The notes below the pieces were generated by a model that saw only the letters and a program-made list of their open reading frames with translations, was not told where the DNA came from and ran no database searches. Below, piece by piece: positions 41,451 through 56,259 of a DNA stretch of 64,000 nucleotides (position 1 is its first letter; every line of letters begins with the position of its first letter). Made by a program: the position numbers and the translations under genes. The stretch lies in assembly GCF_009914755.1 (NCBI RefSeq), contig NC_060927.1. One strand, 5' to 3'. The stretch comes from the human T2T-CHM13v2.0 reference genome, Homo sapiens.

Positions 41451-44400
41451 CAGAGGTGGAGGATTTTTTAAATCAGTTCTTTAACCTTTCGTTTTCCCTC
41501 CAGGCCTGACTTTTTGTTATTGAATTATATTATATCAAGTTGGAATTTTTCTCAATAATACTAGTGAACATTTTCTTCTGTAAACTTTAGAAATATTGGC
41601 AAATTTACACGAAAAAAATGAACTTAGTTGCATTTATCCTAGTGGGTTAAATTGTTGTTATTATTTATGTGCCCAGAGAGGAACATAGAAGAGAACTGGT
41701 GAAACCTGAGAATTTTTGTTTTGTTTTCTTTAAATAGAAATCCCAAAAGAATTAAATTACATTTTAGCCAGTCTCTTACATCTATTTGCCAATGGACAAG
41801 TCCAAATATGGAGGAGTTTTCTTTTTATTTGGACTGATAAAATTAGCCTATCTATAATAGGTTAATACATAACATAGATTATTTATATTTCTATATTTTA
41901 GCTGATGGCTTCACTTACATTTATTGAATACTCATCTATAGGAGATAAATTCACATTTAAAAAGATGTCTATGTCAAGTGTGGAAGAGAAGAGAAGATCC
42001 ACGGGAAGGAAAATTTGTCCCTGCTAATGTAATGTGCCTCCTGTACCAGGAAAAACAGCAGGATGGGGGGTGGGGGTGGAATGCATATACATACAGTGGC
42101 ATCTCAAAACTGCTATGCATTACAAAATAAGTAACCATGAAACACGCATTACAAGAAAAACTATTTAAAGATATAAGAAAACTATGGGAGAAGAAATGTT
42201 TAAAAAGATAGAAAATTGTTCGTGCAGTTTTAGGGGTAAAAGTTTTATGGATGTTTCTTGCATGACTTTAACTTAGATACAAGAATATAGTTTCATAATG
42301 TTTCTTGGTATATTTAATGCTTTACTCCTACACAATTCACTGAAATGACATATCTGGCATTTTGTGGCTTAATTTGAGAACATAATGCCCATTCTAGTTC
42401 TTGCTGCAGAAATGCTTTAATATTTTATGTTGTGCTGACAATACTAAGGTGCTTGTCTCAAAGAACTATATTTTGCTGTGTTTATTGACCTTTCTTTTCA
42501 ACAATTCTAAATGGAAGATACAGAATGGAAGTTCCTTGTTCTCATGTGATAACTGTTAAAGTTAGACTGAAAGAGAGATGTGTTATTAACCTACCTGAAG
42601 ATAACTTGGAGTTCACATGCAGACAGTCACACACAAAGTCAGGAATATGGCTTAATTTTTAAATTTATAGTTCACCATCTTCCTTTTGAATTCCACAGAG
42701 CTTATTTATCAGAAATAGAAAATAATCAAACAAAACAGATTTTATTTTTAATATGCCCACTGGCTTAGTCAGACTTATTCTGGAATGAAAAGATTAATAA
42801 GAATTGAAGGTTTTCTCTTACTCATCTTCTAGTAATGAGTTATTAGTATAATTTCTGATCAATAAGAATATTTATTCGCTTTTTGCTTTATTTGCTGTTG
42901 GAGCAAATGAGTGATTATCTACTGTTACAGCAGTGTTCAATCTAATACAGCTATAGATGTATATCTATATATTCTTCAAAGATTGCCAGAAAGATATATA
43001 CACCTAAACTGATAAGGATTATGTAAGGATTATTAAAAGAGAAACCATAAACAACTATAAAATGGAAAATGAAAAGATACAACAAAGGTGGACATGAAAA
43101 AATACAACAGAGAAGAGTTTTCCAGTTCATTTTAGCCAGTCAGAAAAGCTACCACAATGTGACATTTTGTACAGAAGAAAATTAACTTTTTGATCATCTG
43201 GCAAAGAAGAGGCACTCTAAAAGCAATTTTGATTCATTTGTAGATGTTCTAATTTTAGGCTCTCTTTGTATTCTTTAATTTGTTGCTAAAGCATAATTAG
43301 AAACTAATGTACATTTTCTCTTCTGCTTTAAGAAGCTTGACATTTAGCACTTAATTTTAACATACAGTGTCACTTCCTTTTATAATCATTATACTTTAAA
43401 AAATTCTGCTTTCACAGAATAAAAATAAACACAGTATTGTTATTGCTAACAACTCAAAGGCAACAAAAGATTCCCAAGTCATAGATATTCATACATGAAA
43501 GAAAAGTTGCATACTGCTCTTAAGAAAAATGAATTTATTGCTGAAAATATACAAATGGCTCAATATATATTATTTTGCTGATCCAGCAGCTTGTTGCTAT
43601 AAAAATACTGACAATTATTAATCCATTGCTTTCCCTTCTGCTAGTGGAGCTATTATATCTTTCTATGAAAGTCACAAGTGAGAGATGAATTTGACATCCT
43701 TGGTAGGAAATTGAATAGAAGCAAGAAATCAAGTAGAAATTTAAATCTTTCTCCTGACTCTCACAGGAACACATGAAAATGACTTTTATAATGGCAAGAT
43801 TTTCTTAGAACATTAAATTGTTATTTTTAAAACATGTTTATTGCAAACTGATATGACTCAAGAGATTTTAAAAATTCACGCCTTTTGAGAATAATGCACA
43901 TTGTCATTCTGAATAGGCAAGCCATGCTTAAAAATATCCTAAAGAACAAAGAGTAGAACAAGGGGAAATATTACAATTTGTTTTTAATTACAAAATCTTC
44001 CCAGAATTTAAGTTAATTTAAAATTGAAATGACTTTATTTTCATTATTTTAATAATCATTGCCAAATATTTACCGAATGTCTACCAAGTACAAAACAGTG
44101 AAGTGAGTGTTACCAGCCTAAGGAGATATGATATAGTCTCTACCTACAGGGGCACATCATTTTGTTGGAAAAGATAAAGTAAGTTTAAAAGGACAGACAT
44201 TCCCATTATCTATATGCTTCTCTTGTCCTCTTTAAAACCATACAACTCATAACTCTTTGGGCTTTAATTTAATGTATTTTTGGATTTCTTCTTCTTGATA
44301 CAAGGTAAGAAAATGGAAGAGGTGGGAAAACCTACCGCAAATCTCAGTGCATTAAATCTCATTAGAGAAAAATGATGAAACACTTTAAACGAACTAGCTT

Positions 44401-46321
44401 CTAATTTTTTACAGCTATATCATTTGCAGAATGTGAATCACACTGTCACCTAGCAACTATTTATTTGCTCTAAAATTTTTTACCTAAAATAGACACTTTT
44501 CCCACAATTAAACTCTATTTTAGGTCTATCACACCTAATTCATTTTCCCATGGATGTCCCAATAGGAGCCAAAATAACTTAAAGTAGAACAGATACGTGA
44601 CAGAATTGCTTACAGTGGGGTCTCAAGCACCAGATGCTGGCTGGTACTCGCTAACTCAACATGTTATAGATGTTATTTTACAGCCCATGTTCATAATTTG
44701 AAGAAAATCAATAGGGAAATATTACTGGATTAAAATTCATCACGGTAGGAGCCTAACCAAGAGGAAACCTTCGTAGGTCCTTCTTTGTCCTTTGCTCTTC
44801 TGGGCTTCCCTGAAAAACACTTTTCACATTTTATTGTAATACTCTGCTTATGTTTCTTTCTTCCCAACTAAGCTTTAAGCTACTTAAATAAATAGAGCCT
44901 CTCTTGCTTACCAAGAGGTAGGCAAAATGCTAATGTTGGAGAAGTATTTTTAAATGCTTAAACAAATGAATGGGATAAGGATCTAGGATTGTGTGCTATC
45001 TATCAGAGAGGTAATGAGCAAGTAGCAAATAATGTCACAGGATCTTGAGGGCCATGATTTCATATGGCTTGCTACAATCTGGGAACAAGGAGTGTACAGA
45101 CTGGTGTTCATGTGGAGATGGACAATCACTAGCTACAGTCTTGTGATTGGTTGAAAAAAAAGTTTTTATTAGTGCTGAAACTCAGAATGAACAATTTGCA
45201 AGCAACCCTGGCATTCATAACTTGGAATTGCTTGAAGTTTTGCTTCATCACAAATTTGAGTCTCATGTACTATCAGTAAGCTGGTGAGTCTCAGCTAGTA
45301 ATGGAGCTTAGCCTTCAACTTCCTAGCCAATGTTTTGTCACAGTTGTGAGCACTGGGACTTTGTAAGTGGAGTATTTTATGAATTCTCTTCCCACATCCA
45401 TTGTTGTTAAGGAGTCCAAAATAGGAAACATTGTAATTACGGCTATGGGGGCCCCTTCAGCATCTGAACTGCAATTCTTTCATACCCCCGCATGAGTAAT
45501 AACTGCAGCTGTGATTCTTTGACTTTGGAAAAAGTAGTATAGGACTTTCAAGTATTATAGATCACATATATGCATTACATTAGCTCTAATAACCTCTGCT
45601 GTTTTCAAATAAATATGATTATACTGGTTCTTTCTATAACTCCCTGTGAGATTTTTGTTCTCCAGTTTCCTTTATAAAAAACAATGTGCAATATACTGTA
45701 TGTATTTAAAGTATACAATTTGATTAGTTTTGACATCTGTACACACCATGAACCATCACCACAATCAAGATAATGAATATATTCATAAACCACAAAGTGT
45801 TCTTTAGTCACTCCCACCCAACTTTTCCTGTCCCTCTCCCATCTCCAGGCAACCACGAATATGTTTTCTGTCACTGTAGACTAGTTTACATGTTCTAGAA
45901 TTTTATATAACTGGAACTATACAGTATGTATTATTTCCTGTATGAATTAATCACTCAGAATACCTGTTGTAGCATATATCAATAGTTTTTTATTGCTGAG
46001 AACTATTTTATTGTATGGACATACCACAGTTTGCTAATCCATTCACCTGTTGATGCATATTTGGGTTTTTTCTAGTTTTTGATACTACAAATAAAATTGC
46101 TATGGCTATTTGTATGGGAAAATACTAAAGAGTGTAACAACTGGATAATACTGTATGTATATGTTAAACAGTTTAAGAAACTGGCAAACTCTCAAAGTAG
46201 TTGTATCATTTTACATTCCCACCAGGTTTATGATATTTCCAGTTCTTCATTGCCAACATTTGGTATAGTAAATCTTTATAATTTTAACTATTTTAACAGG
46301 TGTCTCATTGCGGTTTTCATT

Positions 46322-46478
46322 TCATTTCTCTATTGATTAATAATGTTGAGCATCATTTCTCTATTGATTAATAATGTTAAGCATCATGTTGAAAACATAT
46401 TTGTCATAAGTATACATCCTTTATGTATTTGTCATAAGTATAACTTCTTTATTTATTTGTCATAAGTATACCTTCTTT
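46322..46478. repeat. Two adjacent tandem duplications (31 bp x2; 28 bp x~3)
   Basis: tcatttctctattgattaataatgttgagca x2 and tatttgtcataagtatacatcctttatg x3 (degenerate). Confidence 0.92.
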
Positions 46479-47356
46479 GATGAAGTGTCTGTTCAAATAT
46501 TCTGCCTAAATTTTATTTTTATTGCTATTTTTCTCTTACTATTGAATTTTGAGAGTTCTTAATGAATCCAGGATACAAATTCTTTATTATATATATAATT
46601 TGCAAACATTATATCAATTTCATAACTCATTTTTACACTCTCTTTACTATGTCATTGAACGGATTTTAATTTTGATGAAGTCCAATTTACTTACGGAACA
46701 TATTTTTGATGCCATATCTAAAAATCATAGATTATTGCTTGACCTAAGATCATAATGTTTCCTTTTACATTTACTTCCAGAAGTTTTATAATTTTAGTAT
46801 AATTTTACACTTTGGACCATGATCCATTGTGTGCCAATTTTTATATGGGCAAGGTCGAGATTGAAGTACAGTTTTTTTGCATATAAATATCCAATTATTT
46901 CAGCAATAGTTGTCTAAAACACCATTCTTTCTGCACTGAATTACCTCTTAACCATTGCCAAAATAAGTGGCATGTATGGGTCTATTTCTACACCATCTAA
47001 TATATTCCATTGACCTATTTATTTATATTTATACCAATACCAACTATTTTTGATTACTATGGCTTTATAATAAGTTTTAAAATCAGGTAGTGTTAGTTCT
47101 CAAAGTTTGTTTTGTCTTGTTTTTTAAGTCATTTTGGCTGTTTTTGCTTCTTTGAATTTCACTATAAATTTTAGAAACAGCTTGTCAGTTTAAAAAAAAA
47201 AACCTTGAGATTTTGATTGGGATTACATTGACTATATATGCATGTATATTTGTCTGATATATATAAACAGAGAGAGAGAGAGACAACATCTTCTAACCCA
47301 TGGATATGGTTTATCTTCATTTATTTAGGCATTCTTCAATTTCCCTCATTAAATAT

Positions 47357-47495
47357 TTTGCTTTTGGAAAAAGTAGAACAAGAAAGGGTTAAAGTATTAT
47401 AGATCACATATATGTATTACACTAGCTCTAATAACCTATATTGTTTTCAAATACATATGACTTTATCAGTTATAAAACTATAAAAACAATGTTAT
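47357..47495 (+). repeat. Dispersed direct repeat, copy of about 45517-45690 inserted within the L1
   Basis: Core 47392-47460 vs 45550-45618: 69 nt with 6 mismatches. Also shared are tttggaaaaagtag and ataaaaacaatgt. Confidence 0.9.
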
Positions 47496-50129
47496 ACAGT
47501 TTTCTGTGTAGAAGTTTTGAATGTCTTTTGTTACATTTATACCTAAGTATTATATATTTTTGATGTTATTGTAAATACATTGTTTTCATTTCATTTTCTG
47601 GATGTTTATTGCTAATGTAGAAAAATAATTTTTGTATATTGATTTTGTATCCTTCAATCTTGCTAAATTTATTTAACACTCAGTTAGCTTTTTTAAGATT
47701 CTATCAGATACATATTTTTATATTTGTTTAAGTCAACTATTGTGTCATTATGAAATGAACATTTTGATGTCTGGTAATATGTTACTCAGAAATCTACTTT
47801 GTCTGATATTCATAAACACTCTAAGCTTTCTTTCAATCTATGTTAGCATGGTATATCAATTTCAATCCCTAAAAGAATTATGTTAAAACATATTTGTCTT
47901 TATTATTTAACTGTACTTCCTATAATCAGTATATAGGATCATCTTGCTTTTCTATCCATTCTTAAATTTATCATTTAGTCTGAGTATATAGGCCATTTAC
48001 ATTTAATGTGATTATTGATATGGTTATGTTTAAATTTACCATCTTGCTATTAGTTTTCAATTTTTTCCATCTATTTATTTCCTTTGCTACTTTTTCTGCT
48101 ATCTTTTATATTAATTAAAAGTTATTTTGTAGTTTTCTTTTTATTTCCTACCTTTCTTATTAGCTATGCCTATTTTGACATTTCATTGGTTTCTTGGGGA
48201 TTGAGTAAACATTTTTACATTATCACCATCTAATTTTAAGTGATATTATATCAATTCCTTTTACCTGTAACATAAGAACCTTGCAATACTTTGTCACACA
48301 TTTTACTTTTACATATTATAAAGCCTACAATACATTGCTATTATTTTTAAAGTCAATTATATTATTTAAAGCTTTAAATAAGAAATAAAAGGCATATAGA
48401 TTTATCCATGAAGTTACTATTCCCCATGCTTTTCTTTCATTGCATTGATTCATGTTTCCATCTGGTATCAATTTCCTTCTGTTTGAAGCACTGCCTTTAA
48501 TATTTCTTGTATTGCACATCTGCTTGACATGATTTATTTCATCTTGGATATGTTAAACAAAGTCTTCATTTCACCTTGCTTTTTGAAAGATATTTCCTGG
48601 GTATAGAATTATAGTTTGAAAGTATTTTGTTCTTTCAGTATTGAAAGATGTTGTTCCACTGTCTTCTCACTTCCATTGTTTTTATTGTTGTTATGTTAGA
48701 GAAATCTGTTATACTTACCTTTGTTTTTCTGTATGTAATATTTTTCTCTGGTTTCTTTTAAGACTTTTTTCTTTTAACACCAGTCTTGAATAATTTGATT
48801 ATAATACACTTTGGTATAGTTTTCTTTATATTTATTGCACTTGGGGCTCACTGAACTTTTCATATGTGAGGATTCTGGAAATTTTCCAGTCACTTTTTTC
48901 TTCAAATAATGGAATATGCTTCAGAGACTCTAATTGCATATTAGTAGACTTCCATAAATTGTCCCAAAGATCACTGATCTCTATTTATTATTATTCTTTT
49001 TTCTTCAGAGTTCCATTTTTGATAGTTTCTACTGCTGTCTCTTCAAGTTCACTAATATTCCCTTCTACAATTTCTAAACTGCTTCATTCCATCCAGCGTA
49101 TTTTTATTCTCACAAATCAGTTGTTATATTTAAAAGTTCAAACTGGGTAGTTTTAAAAACCAAATAGAAGCACTATTTGTCTACCAAATAGAGACATCTT
49201 TCATGTCTCTATTTAACTTTTGAACATATGTAAACTAGCTATAATAAGAGTATTAGTGACCTTGTTTGCTAATTTTAACATTTGTATTAGTTCTGGACCC
49301 ATTTCAATTTATTGCGTTTTGTCCTCAATGTGGCTTGCATTTTCTTACTTCTTTACAAGCCTATAATATTTGAAACATTTTTTTGCTAGTCATTGTGAAT
49401 TTTACTTCAATGAGTGTTGGATATTTCTGTTTTCATGCAAATATTCCTTAGCTTTGTTCCATGATGCAGTTAAGTTACTTGGAAATGATTTATTCCCTTT
49501 GGATCTTACTTTTATGATTTGTTAGACAGAGTCAGAGCAGTGTTTAATCTAGTACTAAATAAGCTCACTAGGCAGGCAAGTCTGTTTTGTGTACTCTATC
49601 AAATTACCTTTAAATTGTGGGTTTTTTTAATCTGACTGGTGGTACACTGTTACTTTTAATACTAGCAGGTGATTCCTCAACCTTGGACAGCCTCTTTGCA
49701 TACATTTGTTAGTCAGTATTCAGCTGCATAATTCAAAGGGTATCTTTTACAGATTTCTGGAGTTTTCTGTTTGTTGCTCTCTTCTGTCTGGTACTCAGTC
49801 CTTCAAACTCTAGCTGCCTCAGTCTACCCATACTCTCAGCTCTATCTTCCTACACAGGAAATCTACTGGTATTCTACTAGTTTTCTCCCTATTGGCCTAG
49901 AAACTCTCTTAAGGAAGTAAGTGTTGGCATGCATTGGGCTCACCTTTTTTTTGCCTACAAACTCTCAGATACCTGTCCTTCCGGGGGGACTGTTTCAGAT
50001 GAGAGGGGAAAACGTGTCCCTGTTAGTCCATTTTAACTGTAAGTAGAAATGTCTCTTCACAGTTTTAGTCACATTTGGAATAAATGGTCTTTAAAGGTCA
50101 TTGCAGCCATATAAATCAGTGATTCTTTC

Positions 50130-50770
50130 ACAGGTCAGAATATCCATAGCTGTGTGAGTTCAGCAGTCCCAAATTATGTGCTACTCAATAGGCTACTCTC
50201 AACTCCCTGTTCTTGTTCTTGGCCTGAAGAGCCCTAGCTTTAGCTCACACAATTTCTTGGGTGATAAAGTCCAGCTACTACCATCACCGCTACAGATCCA
50301 TAAGGCTCTATGCAGCAAGTAGAAACCACTGTTCCTAACCTCTGAGGTCAGAGCTTTGATGACTGTGGCTTCTCTATTGCCTGTGTGGAAGAGTGGAAGA
50401 GCTGGGCAATGCAACCCAGGAACTTGGGTAAGCTCATACCCCTGGAGTGGACTCTGACCAGTGAGAGACAGCTGAACCATCAGATAAATTGCCTGTGCTT
50501 CTTCTACCTCATGCCCATCCTCACCCAAGAGCTCCCACATATAGTGATTTCATCAGGCTTTTCCAGAGATATCCTATATGATTGAACAACGTATTGCATT
50601 TTCTTGTGAAATTACTGACCGCTGGATTCATGCCCACCCCGTTTCTTGCCTCATTTCCCTTTTTTCTTCATTTTTATTGCCCTTGCACATAGCTACGCTA
50701 CCCCCACCAAATAACATTTCTGCATAAGTTTTGGTTCACACTCTGTATTCTAGGGTACTCAGGCTAAGAG
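50130..50770 (+). mobile_element. ERVL LTR (LTR16-like)
   Basis: gactctgaccagtgagagacag...cagataaattgcc... ending cactctgtattctagggtactcaggctaaga. Confidence 0.6.
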
Positions 50771-51607
50771 AGTGGAAAAATTAAAGAATATTAGAAAGAC
50801 AATAATCATTCCATTAGGTAATACGACTTCTTCCTTTTTTATACAAATTTAAAATGTCTGGTTTGGCATTGTAAAGGAACAAACAAAAATATTTTAAGTT
50901 AATATGTTGAAAATTTATCTCAAATTTCCAGCTCTAGGAGAAATATTATAAGAAACTATTGGTCTTGCTGAAGGAAAAACAACAAAACCCAAATCCTCAG
51001 TTCCAGACCAGCTGCCAAACAAGGGCAGGCAAAGAATTTCATATGTAGGTACAATGTCATTGTGGAGGCTGGAATTTTACAGCTTTTATCCAGAATATGA
51101 TTTGGAAGGTCTGTGGGAGAATAATGACCTAACACGTAAAACAACCTGTAGTTTGCCTGCAATTGTAAACACCATCATGACTTTAAATGGAAGAAACTGA
51201 AAATGTTTTTGCCTCAGTGCTCTGCCCTGTGTCATAGCTTTGTGACTTGTTTAAACAAGTTTCCTCGGCACAGTGGAGTGATATTAAACATGTAACACCT
51301 AGACCAAGTTACAGGCTGTGCAATGGTAGGAAAAAAAGATCATTTGGTAAGTATGAATTAGAAAGTGAGTAAATAAATTTTAACAGTTTATGTTGACAGC
51401 ACATTCTAATAAGAAACTCCTGATAATGTGAGATTTATTCATAAAATGCTGTATTAGCACAGTGGAAGTCATCATTAAATAATTATTTTTAAACTTCCTT
51501 TTATAAATTATTCTTATTTATTCATAAGAATCAACAAAGTGAAATGTTGGGAGCTGGAAGAAAATGCTACCTAGTGTTAACACGATTTTTTTTTTAAGAA
51601 ACTTAAA

Positions 51608-52055
51608 GTATTGTGGGTTGAATTACATTTCCCAGTAAGACATTTTGAAGTCATAACTTCAGTATCTGTGAATGTGATCTTATTTGAAAAAAGGGTCTTT
51701 GCAGATATAATCACATTAACATGAGCTCATACTGGATTGGGGTGGTCCCTAATCCACTGATTGGTGTTCTTAAAAGTAGTGCAGAGATATACAGAGACAC
51801 AAGCAGGGAAGAGGGCAATGCGATGATGGAGGCAGAGATTGGAGTGATGCAACTTGAAGCCAAGGAATGCCGAGGATGCAGCAACCACCAGCAGCGGGGA
51901 GAGATATCTGTAACAATTTCCTCCAGACCCTCCAGAAGAAACCAAGCCTGCAAAACTCTTGACTTTGCACTTCTGGCCTCCTGAACTGTGAGAGAATACA
52001 TTTCTGTTGTTTTATTTCATTCAGTTTGGGGTAATTTGTTACTGAACACAACAGA
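51608..52055 (+). mobile_element. MLT1 LTR (MLT1C-like)
   Basis: tgtgaatgtgatcttatttgaaaaaagggtctttgcagat...ggaggcagagattggagtgatgc...cttctggcctcctgaactgtgagagaatacatttctgttgtttt. Confidence 0.88.
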
Positions 52056-52193
52056 ATTTTATGTAGAACAGAAAAATATTCTTGTAATCATCAAGTCCAA
52101 TGGGCTGTAATTATTAAAACCACAATTTTAAGTGTACTTTTCTGCATAGTATTAAAAAGTTGCTGAAAACATATAGACAGCTGTTTTCTTATG

Positions 52194-52570
52194 TGTACTA
52201 GTCTGCTTGGGATGCCATAACAAAATACCACAGGCTGAGTGACAACAGAAATTTACTTTCTCACAGTTCTGGAGGCTAGAAGTTCATGATCGAGGTGTTG
52301 GCAATTAAAGTTTCTGGTGAGGGCTCTCTTCCTAGCATGCAAATGGCTGCCTCCCGGTTGTGTCCTCACATGTCCTTTCCTTTGTGTGTGTGCCGAGAGA
52401 GAGACAGCACTCCAGTGTCTCTTCCTCACCTCTGCTGGATTGGAGACCCACCTTTATTACTTCATGTAAACTTAATTGCCTCCACAAAGGCCCTATCTCT
52501 AGGTACAGTCACATTGAGGACTGAGGCTTCAACATATGAATTTGAGAGGTACACAATTCAGCCCATAACA
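52194..52570 (-). mobile_element. MLT1 LTR (MLT1A0-like)
   Basis: tgtactagtctgcttgggatgccataacaaaataccacagg...ggcttcaacatatgaattt...cacaattcagcccataaca. Confidence 0.88.
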
Positions 52571-52619
52571 CTGTGGTTATTTTTCATTTACTTGTTTCTT
52601 TATTTTTATTTTTGTTTAC

Positions 52620-53110
52620 CCATAATATGATCCCTTCTTCCTGTAACTTTTTTTTTTTTTGGAGTCAAATCTCCCTACAAGACTTGGTTTATATGATTGT
52701 TGTAGGAGTAACCAAACCCCCACACCAGGGATGGAATATTACATAGTCCTAGCTACTCAAAGGACTTTATCTTTCTATCCAGAAATGAGCATGAGGTTTA
52801 ATGAAAGTGTTGGTTGGGACTCTTTACAAAGACATAGTGACCACTACAAATCATATTCCCTGGGGTTGCTAAAGTTAGACTTTACATGATGTGGAGTGAG
52901 CCTGCCAGAAGATAAAGCCACATAGAAGAAAGTAAAACCAATGAGAGGAGTGACAGACGACATCCTGCTAATATTCATTCAATGTAGTCAGTCAGAAGGT
53001 AGTCCCATTATATAGACTTTTGAGTTACCTGAGTCAATAAATTTTCATTTTTGTTTAAACCATAATAAGCTGACATTCTATTTATTCATACTAGTGTCCT
53101 GACTATAACA
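52620..53110 (+). mobile_element. Old MLT1 LTR (MLT1K/J-like)
   Basis: gagcctgccagaagataaagcca...gacttttgagttacctgagtcaataaattttc...gtcctgactata. Confidence 0.55.
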
Positions 53111-53179
53111 ATTCTGAAATTTTAGAAAACTTGTGAATATATAATAATCCTCTATTTTCAGAACAATGATGTTAAATCA

Positions 53180-53979
<800 letters not shown>

Positions 53980-54164
53980 AATCACTTTGAATAACAAATT
54001 ATCAAAGCTACTGGAAAGAAATAATATGCTATAATATATTATTCACAAACAGAGATAGAGCCATTGACCATTTATTAGTTGCTTTCTAGACAGGACACTG
54101 ATTTTCATTAACACTGAGGATCTCACCTTATAATTACTAATAGGAACAAAGCATCAAAGTATAG

Positions 54165-54400
54165 AGCTAGAAGAACAGTTTGTGCTTGAAAAACTCAAGT
54201 GTGAATGCTGGGTCAGCCACTACTAACTAAATGGTCCCGGAAAATCATTTAAAATTTCTGTGCCTTGGTTTTCCTCATCTATATAATGGAGAAAAGAAAA
54301 CTTAAAGAATTTTCTGGCGATTATAAATTATGTATGTAGGGCACTGAATCCATGACTGGACATACAGGACAGAGCTCAGTAATAGATGACTATTATTTCT
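54165..54400 (+). mobile_element. MIR SINE
   Basis: cagccactactaact...tttctgtgccttggttttcctcatctatataatgg matches the MIR core. Confidence 0.7.
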
Positions 54401-55315
54401 TTGACTATCGGAATTTGTCTTCAAGGTGAAAGATCAGGTTAGCAATAGGAATGCATGCCTGGATGTGGTCCCAAGTTGTGACCTCTAGCTTGTTAGCATT
54501 GTTTTCTAATCAATTTGCTTGCCCAGACCACAGACCTTATAAGGGCTCACAGACAGCAAGCATAGGAAGGTGTGACAGGCTATTGCGCAATTCAGATTCT
54601 CACAGATGAGGTTCCTTGTAGCCCTCCTTTGAAACTGAGAGAGGAAGTATAGGTTAAAGAAAATATCTATGCAATGTGTGAACTTAGTTAGTTTTTCCCC
54701 ATAACGGGACTTTTCTGATGGTAATATTTAACCAAATGTCCCCAGCACCATTTAATATGCCCCTTTTGGTAAAGGTGTTAAGGCAATGTCAGCTTTGTTT
54801 ATCTGCTTATACCATAGTTGACTGTGATATTTTCTATCAGTCTAAATTACAGTGATCTTTATATCCCTGGAGGCCAGTTAGGCAGGCTTACAAATCATCA
54901 GTCAAATGGGAAAATCAGTACATCTAGAGGTTAAGGCCATTTATAGTCTGGAAAAATCAAAGCCTATTATTGATTTAGAAAACCCCTGGAGAGTCCTATA
55001 TATGTTTTGAGTTTGTGAAATCGGAATTATACATTAAATCAATAGAATTATTGACTGTAGCAAACATGAGGTTATTTCTCAATATATTCAAGGCTGATCA
55101 GATCCTCCTTAAAAGCATGGTGCCCACTTTAAAAATCCATAACTATAGAGAATCTCTCAAATGGTACCTGTATTGAGTAATAAATAAAAAATTAATAATT
55201 ATTACTATGAAGCATAGCTATAGAGTTGCCATGAAGATGATAGCTGAGTACATCAGGTGCAGGATATAACAAAGGATTTTGTTGTTTATAAACCCAGTGT
55301 TTGGTGTTTATTTTA

Positions 55316-55454
55316 TAACACAACCTACAACTCTCTATATGTATTTGTGTGTATTTAAAGCATGTAGGAAATAACACAGAATCCAAGGCACCCAAAACTC
55401 ATTAAAAAATGGAAACAAGGATTCATATGCTGTTATGAAATTAGGCAATCCTAA
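55316..55454 (+). repeat. Dispersed direct repeat, copy of 56667-56805
   Basis: 139-nt ungapped match with 8 mismatches counted by eye. Confidence 0.95.
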
Positions 55455-56259
55455 TCCTATTTTAACAGATCAGAGATAGGAGCATTAAAATTATAATTGT
55501 CATTTTTTTTTATTTCAGCAATATGTTCTCATCATAGAAAAAATGGAAAATACTCAAAAAGAATTATTTAAATCATTTATAATTCCAATATCCAGGGATA
55601 ACTTATTGTAATTTGGCATATATCTCTATAATCTTTCTAAATGAATACTATATCTATATATTTATAGAAATATGTAACACATATTTGAGATTATACTAAA
55701 AACATAGTTTCGTGTGCATGCTGTATTTTTACTTAACAGTAATATAATGCCAAACTTGGCTTAATGTTTAATATGTCATTAGGCCAGTATATTGGACACA
55801 CAAATATAGGCTAGACACTGCATGATTGTAAAGGATATCTTTCAAATAGAATATAACATGCCTCCTGGAGTTGTGTAGTATGACAGCCTATTTTAAACAT
55901 TCTTAGGAAACACTTGAAATGACCATATGATTGCTCATTACATGACTATGCCATTCTTTATTAACTATTAGCCTACTCTTAGATGTTTAATTTCTGTTCA
56001 TTTTTGTTGTTGTAAATAATGCTATGTGAAGTTATCTCTGCAGAAATATTTCTATTCTCCATTCATTCATCCAAGGATGTCCATGGAAGTAGAATATACA
56101 AGTTGAAGGATATGTACATTTTAAAGATTCTCTATAGATACTGAAATATATAACAAATGCTTCAAATAACTTCCATGGTCAGTTTTCTCATTCTTAAACC
56201 TCTATGTACATCACAGTTCTCCTGGTTTCACTTCAAACTAGAAGAAAAATGTACATCTA

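Larger units (their letters stand above)
45690..50040 (-). mobile_element. Old L1M (L1MB/MC-like) with internal deletions
   Basis: gtatttaaagtatacaatttgattagttttgacat..., ccaggcaaccacgaat..., ttttaattttgatgaagtccaattta, catgtttccatctggtatcaatttccttctg. Confidence 0.8.

Noticed and set aside
42061-42080. G-rich run ggatggggggtgggggtgg
   Set aside because: Too short for a convincing canonical G-quadruplex and without functional context.
46322-46478. 28-31 bp repeats superficially like a CRISPR array
   Set aside because: The units are head-to-tail with no unique spacers, lie inside an L1 in primate DNA, and have no cas genes nearby.
51711-52630. Several ORFs of 72-114 aa on both strands
   Set aside because: They are derived from MLT1 LTR sequence.
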